Shown in pieces: positions 1 to 8,393 of a DNA stretch of 43,785 nucleotides. Below the pieces are notes generated by a model. It worked only from the letters and a program-made list of their open reading frames with translations, was not told the DNA's origin and searched no databases. Origin of the DNA: an uncultured Erysipelotrichales bacterium (GTDB lineage Bacteria; Bacillota_I; Bacilli_A; Erysipelotrichales; Coprobacillaceae). Location: assembly GCA_910586805.1 (NCBI GenBank), contig CAJUJC010000001.1:1-43785 (forward strand), read 5' to 3'. How positions within the stretch are numbered: position 1 is the stretch's first letter; every line of letters begins with the position of its first letter. Made by a program: the position numbers and the translations under genes.

Positions 1-1072
1 CCTGAGGGAATAAAAGTCCCATAATAGGATAAGATAAAACAGCCATACCGACACATGAAGGAATTAAAATCATCATTGTTATGCGTATTCCAGATTTAAT
101 GTGTTCTCTTGTTTGTTGAATATCTTTTGTTGCCCAAGATGAGGATATAGCAGGAATGGAAGCTGTTGACATTGCAGAAGCTAAAGCAACAGGAACATTT
201 TGTAAAACGATATATTCACCTGAATAAACACCAAATTGAATGACAGCATCTACATTACTTAATTGATGAAAATTCATAGCAAAGTAATAAATATACATAT
301 CAATAGTTGAAACAAGATTATAAATACAAGTTGCAATAATAATAGGTGTTACAATATTTAAAATCATTTTAAAAATATTTTTATAGGAATCTACATGAGG
401 ATCGGGATCATTTTTAACAATGAGTTGATTTTTACGACGTATAAACATAAATGCCATATAGCTCAAACCAATCAAAACACCTGCACCTGTACCTAAAGCA
501 CTACCAGTAGCACCATAACTTGCAAGTTGTGATCCACCAACACTTAAATAAGGTTGAATAAATAAATAAGCAGCACCAATAGAAACAATGGCATTAAATA
601 CCTGTTCTATAATCTGAGAAATAGATGTATAGATAGTTGTTTGATGGGCTTGGAAATATCCTCTAAATACACCCAAGAGTCCTGATAAGAAAATAGTTGG
701 ACATAAAATACGTAATGCCATAACTGCATTTTTTGTTACAATAAAAGGTGCAATAAAGAAAGTCACAATGGCAGCTCCACCACCAATAGCACATATGTAT
801 ATAAATGAACATTTCAATATTTTTTCAACATTATTGTATTGGTTAACAGCTAATTTTTCTGAAATAAGTTTTGAAATAGCAGAAGGTATACTGTATGAAG
901 AAATAAGTAATATTAATGCATAAATATTATATGCTGTTGAATAATAACCAATTCCTTCAGGTGTAATCATTGCAGTTAGTGGACTACGATATAAAACACC
1001 AATAACTCTAACCAATAATCCAGCGACTGCAAGAATAGAGGCTTGTTTGACAATAGAACTTGAACGACTCAT
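1..1072 (-). CDS. MOP-superfamily polysaccharide / lipid-II flippase (YtgP/SpoVB/MurJ-like). The C-terminal part runs off the window.
   Basis: Absent from the ORF track because there is no stop codon in the window. The reverse complement from ATG 1072..1070 reads MSRSSSIVKQASILAVAGLLVRVIGVLYRSPLTAMITPEGIGYYSTAYNIYALILLISSYSIPSAISKLISE... The frame stays open to base 1 and is multi-TM. The N-terminal motif is typical of Polysacc_synt/MurJ-type flippases. Confidence 0.75.
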   Translation of the reverse strand, partial: MSRSSSIVKQASILAVAGLLVRVIGVLYRSPLTAMITPEGIGYYSTAYNIYALILLISSYSIPSAISKLISEKLAVNQYNNVEKILKCSFIYICAIGGGAAIVTFFIAPFIVTKNAVMALRILCPTIFLSGLLGVFRGYFQAHQTTIYTSISQIIEQVFNAIVSIGAAYLFIQPYLSVGGSQLASYGATGSALGTGAGVLIGLSYMAFMFIRRKNQLIVKNDPDPHVDSYKNIFKMILNIVTPIIIATCIYNLVSTIDMYIYYFAMNFHQLSNVDAVIQFGVYSGEYIVLQNVPVALASAMSTASIPAISSSWATKDIQQTREHIKSGIRITMMILIPSCVGMAVLSYPIMGLLFPQ

Positions 1073-1227
1073 AATAACCCCACTTTCTTTTACATATTAT
1101 AGCAAATTTTACTCATTCATCCAATACTTGTTCACCATTGATATTCATATTTATATAAATAATGATAAAAAAACAAGAGAAACCATAAATATTTTAACAA
1201 CCAAGACTTCTCACTTGTCTACACTTA

Positions 1228-1236
1228 TGATATAAT
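1228..1236 (+). promoter_or_regulatory. Extended -10 promoter element (TGaTATAAT) upstream of pyrF
   Basis: The sequence tgatataat lies about 35 nt upstream of the pyrF start. No good -35 is present, which is typical of extended -10 promoters. Confidence 0.4.
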
Positions 1237-1269
1237 ATTTTGGAAATAGATAAGGTTTGGAGGATAAAA

Positions 1270-1977
1270 ATGAACGAAAGTAGAATTTGTATTGCATTGG
1301 ATTTTCAAACAAAAGCTGATGTTCAAGCTTTTTTAGAAAAATTTGGTGATGAAAAACTTTATGTCAAAGTAGGTATGGAATTGTTCTATGGTGAAGGAAT
1401 TGAAATGGTGAAAATGATTAAGGAAATGGGACATAAAATTTTCTTAGATCTCAAGTTACATGATATTCCTAATACTGTTAAAAGTGCTATGAAACAATTG
1501 GCAAAATTAGATGTGGATATCGTAAATGTACATGCTTCAGGTAGTGTTGCAATGATGAAAGCAGCAATTGAAGGTTTAGAAGAAGGTAAGACACAAGAGA
1601 AAAGACCTTTATGTATCGCAGTAACTTGTTTAACTTCTTTGGATCAAGAAGTACTAGATAATGAATTATTAATTCATGACCCTTTACCAGAAGTTGTATT
1701 AAAATGGGCTGAAAATGCGAAGGAAGCAGGATTAGATGGTGTTGTATGCTCACCATTAGAATCAAAAATCATTCATGATAAATTAGGATTAGATTTTTTA
1801 ACTGTCACACCAGGTATTCGTTTAGCAACTGATAGTGTCAATGATCAAAAACGTGTAACAACACCTGAAATGGCAAGAGAATTAACTTCTAGTTATATTG
1901 TTGTAGGTAGAACAATTACTGGTGCTAAAGATCCTTTAGCGACTTATAAAGAAGTTTATAAACAATTTCAGGGATAA
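1270..1977 (+). CDS. pyrF: Orotidine 5'-phosphate decarboxylase
   Basis: MNESRICIALDF...FLDLKLHDIPNTV...VVGRTIT are OMP decarboxylase signature regions. A GGAGG lies 7 nt before ATG 1270, so the track start at 1240 is probably too far upstream. Confidence 0.93.
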   Translation: MNESRICIALDFQTKADVQAFLEKFGDEKLYVKVGMELFYGEGIEMVKMIKEMGHKIFLDLKLHDIPNTVKSAMKQLAKLDVDIVNVHASGSVAMMKAAIEGLEEGKTQEKRPLCIAVTCLTSLDQEVLDNELLIHDPLPEVVLKWAENAKEAGLDGVVCSPLESKIIHDKLGLDFLTVTPGIRLATDSVNDQKRVTTPEMARELTSSYIVVGRTITGAKDPLATYKEVYKQFQG

Positions 1978-2073
1978 ACATAAATAATTGGGGAAAATAT
2001 AGTATATCAATACTTTTCCCAGTGGATAAAATAACTATTCATAATAATCATTAATTTAAGGAGAAAAGAGAAG

Positions 2074-2706
2074 ATGGAAAAACAAATAGCAAAAGATTTA
2101 TTGGATATCAAGGCAGTGTTTTTAAGACCAAACGAGCCATTTACTTGGGCTTCAGGAATCAAATCACCAATTTATTGTGATAATCGTTTAACATTATCTT
2201 ATCCAACAGTGAGAAAACATGTTGAAGAAGGATTGGCTAAAATCATTAAAGAAAATTATCCTGATGTAGAGTGTTTAATGGGAACTGCAACTGCTGGAAT
2301 TGCTCATGCTGCTTTAGCTGCTGATATTTTAGATATTCCTATGGGATATGTAAGAGGTGGGGCAAAATCTCATGGTAGAAATAATCAAATTGAAGGTTTG
2401 GTTAAACCAGGTATGAAAGTTGTTGTTGTAGAAGATTTGATTTCTACTGGAGGTTCTTCATTAGAATGTGTTGATGCATTAAGAGAAGCTGGTTGTGAAG
2501 TTTTAGGAATGGTAGCTATTTTTACATATCAGTTGAAGAAAGCGACAGTTAATTTTGAAAATAAAAATTGTTGTTTCCACACTTTAACAAATTATGATAC
2601 TTTAGTTGGTGTTGCTGTGGACAATGATTATATATCAGCAAATGATTTAGAAAAATTAAAAGCTTGGAAAGTTAATCCAAGTGATGAATCATGGATGAAT
2701 AGATAA
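2074..2706 (+). CDS. pyrE: Orotate phosphoribosyltransferase
   Basis: The PRPP-binding motif [13 protein letters not shown] is present. The N-terminus ([23 protein letters not shown]) is typical of Gram-positive PyrE. An AGGAG RBS precedes the start. Confidence 0.93.
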   Translation: MEKQIAKDLLDIKAVFLRPNEPFTWASGIKSPIYCDNRLTLSYPTVRKHVEEGLAKIIKENYPDVECLMGTATAGIAHAALAADILDIPMGYVRGGAKSHGRNNQIEGLVKPGMKVVVVEDLISTGGSSLECVDALREAGCEVLGMVAIFTYQLKKATVNFENKNCCFHTLTNYDTLVGVAVDNDYISANDLEKLKAWKVNPSDESWMNR

Positions 2707-2710
2707 AATA

Positions 2711-2747
2711 AAAAGAGTTGTTTATTTATGACAAGCAACTCTTTTTT
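2711..2747 (+). terminator. Rho-independent terminator after pyrE
   Basis: aaaagagttg...caactctttt forms a stem followed by a T-run, immediately after the stop codon. Confidence 0.75.
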
Positions 2748-2846
2748 AAGAGATGTTATGATTATTTCAATTTATTAAATAAATATTATATATGAAATTG
2801 GATAAACACATAAGTTTTTCATTAAAATATAAGTAGATATTTTTTA

Positions 2847-2875
2847 TTGCATTACTAAATATTATGATGTAAAAT
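2847..2875 (+). promoter_or_regulatory. Candidate sigma-A promoter of the teichoic-acid glycosylation/export operon
   Basis: TTGCAT, a 17-nt spacer, then TAAAAT, about 30 nt upstream of the first CDS. Confidence 0.4.
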
Positions 2876-2903
2876 GACATAGATAATTATATTGGAGATA
2901 GAA

Positions 2904-4829
2904 ATGATGAGTGAATCGAGATTTTTTAAGTTGAATAATTTTAAAATAATGTTGCTTTCATTTGTAGCGACAGTACCACTTTTTTTTAAATTAAGAATTA
3001 ACTCTTTAAGAGAGATTTGTCAATTCTTAGATATTGTATATGATAAGGAATTATTGAAAAATTTATCATATAAATTGAAAATACTCATTGGTGATTTTTT
3101 AATGTCATTTGAGGGACAGTCTATTTCTTTTTTTTGTATGTTTATTATCTTCATGATAATACTTTATAAATACTATCATATAAAAGAAAAAAAGATTGAA
3201 TTTTGTATACTTGTTCCATCATTAATGTTCTCGTTTTTTGAGGTTTTTGGAAAGTCATTTCAAGAAACAAATAGTTGGAATTTAATTTTTGAAAATTATA
3301 GAACAATATTGAAAGGTATATTTTTATATATTGGTTATGCAGTTCTTTTTTATGTATGTATTTATTTTATTTTTTATTGTCTAAAAAAAACAAATATATT
3401 TAAAGAAAAGAAATTAGAAAAATCATGGTTTACTAATAATAAAAAATCTTTTCTTATAGTTTTGGGTATAATATTATTATGTTGGTCACCATCATTGATA
3501 GGAAATTTTCCTGGAATTACAAATTATGATTTTTTTGATATGATTAATAGTTTTTATGGGAAAGAAACATATAGTTTAAGAGCAGTAACTCTTATCGATC
3601 CATCAGTGACATTAAATAACAATAATCCAGTTTTACAAACATTGATGGCAGTGACAGCAATAAAAATTGGAACCTTTTTAGGAATGCCTTGGTTAGGATT
3701 AGCCCTCTTTTGTTACACACAATCTTTGATATTTGCATCTGTTTTATCATATGTTATATATTTTTTAGCAAAGATGGGTGTCCATCAAAAATTAAGAATG
3801 AGCTTACTGATTATTTTTGCAATAATGCCTGCTAATGCAAATTATGCAATGACAACTTTAAAAGATATTAATTTTTCATTTGTTTTTGTGTTATATTTGT
3901 TAAATGTAATTGAGATTGTTAGAACACCTGATGCCTTTTTTTCAAATAGAAAAAAATTGATGTGTTTTGCGGGAATGAATTTATTGTTGATGTTATTGAG
4001 AAATAATGGTTCTTATATTTTGATACCAACAGATATTGTCTTATTAATAAAATATCGTCAATATTGGAAACAAATATTTTCATCAATGCTTATTCCTGCC
4101 TTTATTTTTACAGTTCTTATTTCAAATGTTTTGTATCCTGTTTTAAAAATTGCACCAGGAAGTAAACGTGAAATGTACTCAGTGCCTTTTCAGCAAACTG
4201 CACGACTTATTAAAGAACATGGCAATGAGATACCTTTAGAAGATAGAAAGGTTATAGATAAAATATTGAATTATAACACTATTGCAGAAAGATACGAACC
4301 AGAATTATCTGATAAGGTTAAAGCAACTTATAAGAAAGATTCCACTCCTGAAGAAATGAGTGAATATTTAAAAGTTTGGGCGAAGTGGTTATTTATTCAT
4401 CCAGAGATTTATTTTCAAGCAACGATGAATAATTGTTATGGATATTTTTATCCAGAGGCTAAAAGTTGGATTGCATATACTGAGATAACACCACCAGGGA
4501 GAGAATATGGCTTAAAAAGTCCAAAAATTTTAAGTCCAATTAGAAATTTTGTTAATGCAATACCTGAAATTGTAAGAGAAGTTCCAGTTTTAGGATTAAT
4601 TGAAAGTATTGGATTTTATACATGGCTATTGATTTTAAGTATAGCATATCTTGTATATATAGAAAAAAAAGAATATATTATAATGTATACTTCTCTTATT
4701 GTTTTATTATTAACATGTATGTTATCACCAGCTAATACAATGATGAGATATATATATCCAATGATTTTATGTGTTCCAATTTTAGTTTGTTATATTTTGC
4801 ATATGCAAAATGAAAAGGAAGTGAAATGA
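2904..4829 (+). CDS. Large polytopic membrane protein. Candidate GT-C-type extracytoplasmic glycosyltransferase (a DUF6020/YfhO-like role).
   Basis: About 640 aa with more than 10 predicted hydrophobic helices and a soluble loop (EHGNEIPLEDRKVIDKILNYNTIAERYEPELSDK). It lies directly upstream of, and almost abutting, a GT2 polyprenol-phosphate glycosyltransferase. A GGAGA RBS precedes ATG 2904. The family assignment is from context and is not verified. Confidence 0.65.
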   Translation: MMSESRFFKLNNFKIMLLSFVATVPLFFKLRINSLREICQFLDIVYDKELLKNLSYKLKILIGDFLMSFEGQSISFFCMFIIFMIILYKYYHIKEKKIEFCILVPSLMFSFFEVFGKSFQETNSWNLIFENYRTILKGIFLYIGYAVLFYVCIYFIFYCLKKTNIFKEKKLEKSWFTNNKKSFLIVLGIILLCWSPSLIGNFPGITNYDFFDMINSFYGKETYSLRAVTLIDPSVTLNNNNPVLQTLMAVTAIKIGTFLGMPWLGLALFCYTQSLIFASVLSYVIYFLAKMGVHQKLRMSLLIIFAIMPANANYAMTTLKDINFSFVFVLYLLNVIEIVRTPDAFFSNRKKLMCFAGMNLLLMLLRNNGSYILIPTDIVLLIKYRQYWKQIFSSMLIPAFIFTVLISNVLYPVLKIAPGSKREMYSVPFQQTARLIKEHGNEIPLEDRKVIDKILNYNTIAERYEPELSDKVKATYKKDSTPEEMSEYLKVWAKWLFIHPEIYFQATMNNCYGYFYPEAKSWIAYTEITPPGREYGLKSPKILSPIRNFVNAIPEIVREVPVLGLIESIGFYTWLLILSIAYLVYIEKKEYIIMYTSLIVLLLTCMLSPANTMMRYIYPMILCVPILVCYILHMQNEKEVK

Positions 4830-4830
4830 G

Positions 4831-5535
4831 ATGTCAAAAATTTTAGTGATCATACCATGCTATAATGAGCGTGAAAGTATTATTAGAGTTATAAAAGATA
4901 TTAAAGGTTTAAAAGAAAATATTGATTATGTTGTTATTAATGATTGTTCAACAGATGATACAAAAGATATATTAATAAGAGAAAATATAAATTATTTAGA
5001 TCTTCCTGTTAATCTAGGTATAGGAGGGGCAGTACAATTAGGATATAAATATGCTATGTTACATGATTATGATATAGCAATACAAATTGATGGTGATGGA
5101 CAGCATGATACACATTATATTATGGATCTTATTCAGCCAATTCTTAATGGGGAATATGATGCAACTATTGGATCACGTTTTATTGAAAAAAAAGGATTTC
5201 AATCCTCTGCTTTAAGAAGATTAGGAATATATATTTTAAGTGTTTGTATATCATTGCTTTATAGAAGTAAAATTTATGATGTTACAAGTGGATTTAGAGC
5301 TGTCAATAAGGAATTAATTTGTATTTATGCACATGATTATGCTCAAGACTATCCTGAACCAGAAGCACTTGTTACAGCTATTCTTAATAAGAAAAATATT
5401 AAAGAAGTTCCTGTACAAATGAGAGAAAGACAAGGTGGTCAAAGTTCTATACATAGTTTTAAATCGATATATTATATGTTAAAGGTATCTTTAGCAATTA
5501 TTTTTAGAAGGGTTACAATAAGAAGGGTGAAATAA
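4831..5535 (+). CDS. GT2 family polyprenol-phosphate glycosyltransferase (GtrB/CsbB-like)
   Basis: ILVIIPCYNERESI...VVINDCSTDDT...QIDGDGQHD are the classic GT-A DxD and DGDGQ motifs of GtrB/DPM1-like enzymes. Confidence 0.88.
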   Translation: MSKILVIIPCYNERESIIRVIKDIKGLKENIDYVVINDCSTDDTKDILIRENINYLDLPVNLGIGGAVQLGYKYAMLHDYDIAIQIDGDGQHDTHYIMDLIQPILNGEYDATIGSRFIEKKGFQSSALRRLGIYILSVCISLLYRSKIYDVTSGFRAVNKELICIYAHDYAQDYPEPEALVTAILNKKNIKEVPVQMRERQGGQSSIHSFKSIYYMLKVSLAIIFRRVTIRRVK

Positions 5536-5536
5536 T

Positions 5537-5902
5537 ATGAATAGAACTTTACAAATTGCAATGATTATTGCTATGATATTTTATTTCTTTTGTTTGTATG
5601 GATTGTTAAAGAGGAATAAAGTAACTTTAAAATACAGTTTACTATGGTTATTTACAGGTGTTATTATGTTGATAATCACACTCTTTCCAAAATTATTAGA
5701 AATTCCTTTACAGTGGGTAGGTGTTATAGAGTTTACCAATGGTTTATTTGCATTGATTTTATTTTTCTTAATTATTATTGTGATGTCATTAACCACAATT
5801 ATATCTGATATGAGCGAAAAACATAGAGTGATGGTACAGAAAATGTCCTTATACGAATATAGATTAAGAAAAATAGAAAACAAGGAGGAAAAAATAAAAT
5901 GA
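5537..5902 (+). CDS. DUF2304 family small membrane protein
   Basis: 121 aa with 3-4 TM helices and a charged C-terminal tail. It starts 2 nt after the GT2 stop. DUF2304 genes typically follow GtrB-like GT2 genes. Confidence 0.72.
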   Translation: MNRTLQIAMIIAMIFYFFCLYGLLKRNKVTLKYSLLWLFTGVIMLIITLFPKLLEIPLQWVGVIEFTNGLFALILFFLIIIVMSLTTIISDMSEKHRVMVQKMSLYEYRLRKIENKEEKIK

Positions 5903-6246
5903 AAATGACATTATTGTGTTTATTAAATACAGCTTTAATGGTAACTGGGCAAATATTATTTAAGGTGGGAAGTCAAGGAAAGGAATTATCAAGCATAGTT
6001 GATATGATAAAGCTTATGTTTTCTCCAATTGTTTTGTTTGCATTATGTTTATATGCTGGAACAACTATGTTATGGTTATATATATTAAGTAAAGTAGATA
6101 TTAGCTTTGCATACCCAATACAAGCTCTAGCTTTTCCAGTTGTTATGATTGTTTCTGCATTTATATTTCATGAACAAATACCTACAATGAGATGGATAGG
6201 CGTTGCTGTTATTTTTGTAGGGGTTTTATTAGTTGTACAAAAATAA
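5899..6246 (+). CDS. EamA/SMR-like 4-TM transporter (ArnE/ArnF-like candidate flippase for a lipid-linked sugar)
   Basis: 115 aa with 4 hydrophobic helices. Its ATGA start overlaps the upstream stop. It resembles the small undecaprenyl-phosphate-sugar flippase subunits. Confidence 0.68.
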   Translation: MKMTLLCLLNTALMVTGQILFKVGSQGKELSSIVDMIKLMFSPIVLFALCLYAGTTMLWLYILSKVDISFAYPIQALAFPVVMIVSAFIFHEQIPTMRWIGVAVIFVGVLLVVQK

Positions 6247-6318
6247 TATATTCTCATTGCTTTTTTCTATTGTATTAGTAGAATAAAGAAAATAATAGGT
6301 ATTTTTGGAGGATAATTT

Positions 6319-7143
6319 ATGTTAAAAAGTATAAAGTATGTGTTACATGAGAATTTTACAAACTTGTTTAGGATATATTCTATTTCTAAGTATGAATTAT
6401 TAGGGGATATGCGTGATTCTAAACTTGGATTATTTTGGAATTTTGCGCATCCATTTATTCAAGTTCTTACATATTGGTTTGCATTTGGATTGGTTTTTAA
6501 TAAAAAGGATGTAACAATGTATAATACAACAGTTCCTTACATTTTTTGGATGTTAGGTGGTATGGTTGTGTGGTTTTTAATTTCGCCATGTATTACAAAT
6601 GGATGTAATGCTGTTTTTTCTAAAATTAATGTTATTACAAAGATGAAATTTCCAGTAAGTATTTTACCTGCAACTGTTGTTTTAAAGGAATTATTTAATC
6701 ATCTTTGTTTAATGATTATATTGCTTGTTATATTTTTGTTTGGTGGATATCATCCAACTCTTCATTGGCTAGAGTTATTTTACTATTTAATATGTGCTAT
6801 TATTTTTTCAGTTTCTTTGTCTATGACAACATCAGTATTAAATATGTTGGCTAGAGATACAAGAAAATTAGTATTAGCATTAATGCGTTTGTTATTATAT
6901 TTAACACCAATTTTATGGAGTATGGATCAATTAAGTCATGCACCAAAGTTTATTATTTTTATAATGAAAGCCAATCCTATATACTATATAGTACAGGGAT
7001 ATAGAGATTGTTTCTTCTATCATAAGGGATTAATATTTTATTCAAATTCTATGATAGCATTTTGGGCTATCACTCTTGTATTATTTGTATTTGGTAGTTG
7101 CATGATGTATAAATTTAAACATAAGTTTATTGATTTAATTTAG
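6319..7143 (+). CDS. tagG: Teichoic acid ABC exporter permease (ABC-2 type)
   Basis: 274 aa ABC-2 permease with 6 TM helices. An N-terminal LGLFWNFAHPFIQ-type motif is present. It sits directly upstream of a TagH-like ATPase. A GGAGG RBS is present. Confidence 0.85.
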   Translation: MLKSIKYVLHENFTNLFRIYSISKYELLGDMRDSKLGLFWNFAHPFIQVLTYWFAFGLVFNKKDVTMYNTTVPYIFWMLGGMVVWFLISPCITNGCNAVFSKINVITKMKFPVSILPATVVLKELFNHLCLMIILLVIFLFGGYHPTLHWLELFYYLICAIIFSVSLSMTTSVLNMLARDTRKLVLALMRLLLYLTPILWSMDQLSHAPKFIIFIMKANPIYYIVQGYRDCFFYHKGLIFYSNSMIAFWAITLVLFVFGSCMMYKFKHKFIDLI

Positions 7144-7153
7144 AGGTGATATT

Positions 7154-7963
7154 ATGAGTCAAGAATATGCAATTGAGTTTAAGCATGTATCTAAAATATA
7201 TACTTTAAAAACAAAGAATAAAGAACAATCAAACAAAAGATTTTATGCTCTTAAAGATATTAATTTTCAAATACCAAAAGGTGAAGTTGTTGGAATTTTA
7301 GGTACTAATGGTTCAGGCAAATCAACAATGTCAGTTATATTAGCAGGAATTAGTGAAGTTGATGAAGGAGAAATGATTGTTAATGGTGAACAAGCATTAA
7401 TTGCAATCAATACGGGGCTGAATCAACAATTGACAGGATTAGAGAATATCGAGTTAAAGGGTGCTTTATTGGGACTTACAAAGAAAAGAGTCAAAGAAAT
7501 TACTGAAGGTGTTATTGAATTTGCTGAAATTGGGGATTTCTTGTATCAGCCTGTTAAAAAATATTCAAGTGGGATGAAGTCGAGATTAGGTTTTTCAATT
7601 AATTTGTGTCTTGACCCTGATATACTTATTGTTGATGAAGCTTTATCTGTAGGAGATAAAGGTTTTGCACAAAAATGTATTAATAAGATGAAAGAGTTAA
7701 AAGAACAAGGAAAGACAATTGTTTTTATTTCACATTCTTTACCACAAGTAAGAGATTTTTGTGATACTGCCCTTTGGATTGAAGGTGGTATGTTAAAAGA
7801 ATATGGTGAAGTGAATAAAGTATGTGATAATTATGCTCAGTATGTGGACTATTATAACGCATTAGATAATGCAGGCAAGAAAAAAGAACGTGATGGCAAA
7901 TTTGAAAAAAGAGTTATCAAAGGAAAAGTTAAAAAATCTTTCTTTGATAGGATATTTAGATAA
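7154..7963 (+). CDS. tagH: Teichoic acid ABC exporter ATP-binding protein
   Basis: Walker A GTNGSGKST, signature YSSGMKSRL and Walker B ILIVDEALS are all present. The gene is paired with tagG. Confidence 0.88.
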   Translation: MSQEYAIEFKHVSKIYTLKTKNKEQSNKRFYALKDINFQIPKGEVVGILGTNGSGKSTMSVILAGISEVDEGEMIVNGEQALIAINTGLNQQLTGLENIELKGALLGLTKKRVKEITEGVIEFAEIGDFLYQPVKKYSSGMKSRLGFSINLCLDPDILIVDEALSVGDKGFAQKCINKMKELKEQGKTIVFISHSLPQVRDFCDTALWIEGGMLKEYGEVNKVCDNYAQYVDYYNALDNAGKKKERDGKFEKRVIKGKVKKSFFDRIFR

Positions 7964-7975
7964 GGAGGGAAAACA

Positions 7976-8365
7976 ATGAGGAAAGTATTGACTTATGGAA
8001 CATTTGATTTGTTTCATATAGGACATTTAAATCTTTTAAGACGTGCCAAGGAATTAGGAGATTATTTAGTAGTTGCTGTATCAAGTGATACATTTAACGC
8101 AATCAAAGGAAAGAAATGTGCTATTCCAGATTATGAAAGAATGGCTATTGTAGAAGCAATAAAATATGTTGATGAAGTTATTCCTGAAAATTCATGGGAT
8201 CAAAAGATTAGTGATGTTAAAGAACATGACATTGATATATTTGTGATGGGAAATGATTGGACAGGCAAGTTTGATTTTTTAAATGATTATTGTGAAGTTA
8301 TATATCTTCCTAGAACTGATGGTATTAGTACGACACAAATAAAGAAAGAATTGAAATTAAAGTAA
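7976..8365 (+). CDS. tagD: Glycerol-3-phosphate cytidylyltransferase
   Basis: 129 aa. GTFDLFHIGHLNLL (the HxGH motif) and the RTDGISTT motif are diagnostic of TagD/TarD. Confidence 0.92.
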   Translation: MRKVLTYGTFDLFHIGHLNLLRRAKELGDYLVVAVSSDTFNAIKGKKCAIPDYERMAIVEAIKYVDEVIPENSWDQKISDVKEHDIDIFVMGNDWTGKFDFLNDYCEVIYLPRTDGISTTQIKKELKLK

Positions 8366-8393
8366 AAAAGTATTTCTAAAGTGAGGTAATGGT

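Noticed and set aside
1047-1235. 62-aa + strand ORF between the flippase gene and pyrF
   Set aside because: It overlaps the start of the minus-strand flippase CDS and the pyrF promoter region. It has a low-complexity AT-rich translation and no SD.
1487-1765. Antisense ORF inside pyrF. Also the same class of track ORFs at 5581..5883, 10985..11167, 11489..11824, 13559..13786, 14223..14498, 17454..17639, 21780..22001, 23109..23324, 24657..24872, 28228..28422, 29161..29358, 29642..29878, 31917..32162, 32356..32643, 35086..35361, 36292..36498 and 41669..41881.
   Set aside because: All lie antisense to, or overlap, well-supported conserved CDSs. They have low-complexity or hydrophobic junk translations and lack ribosome-binding sites. 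This is typical of spurious ORFs in AT-rich genomes.
1990-2030. Hairpin gggaaaa...ttttccc between pyrF and pyrE, considered as a terminator or PyrR attenuator
   Set aside because: It has a 7-bp stem, a 16-nt loop and no T-run. I could recognise no PyrR-binding-loop consensus.
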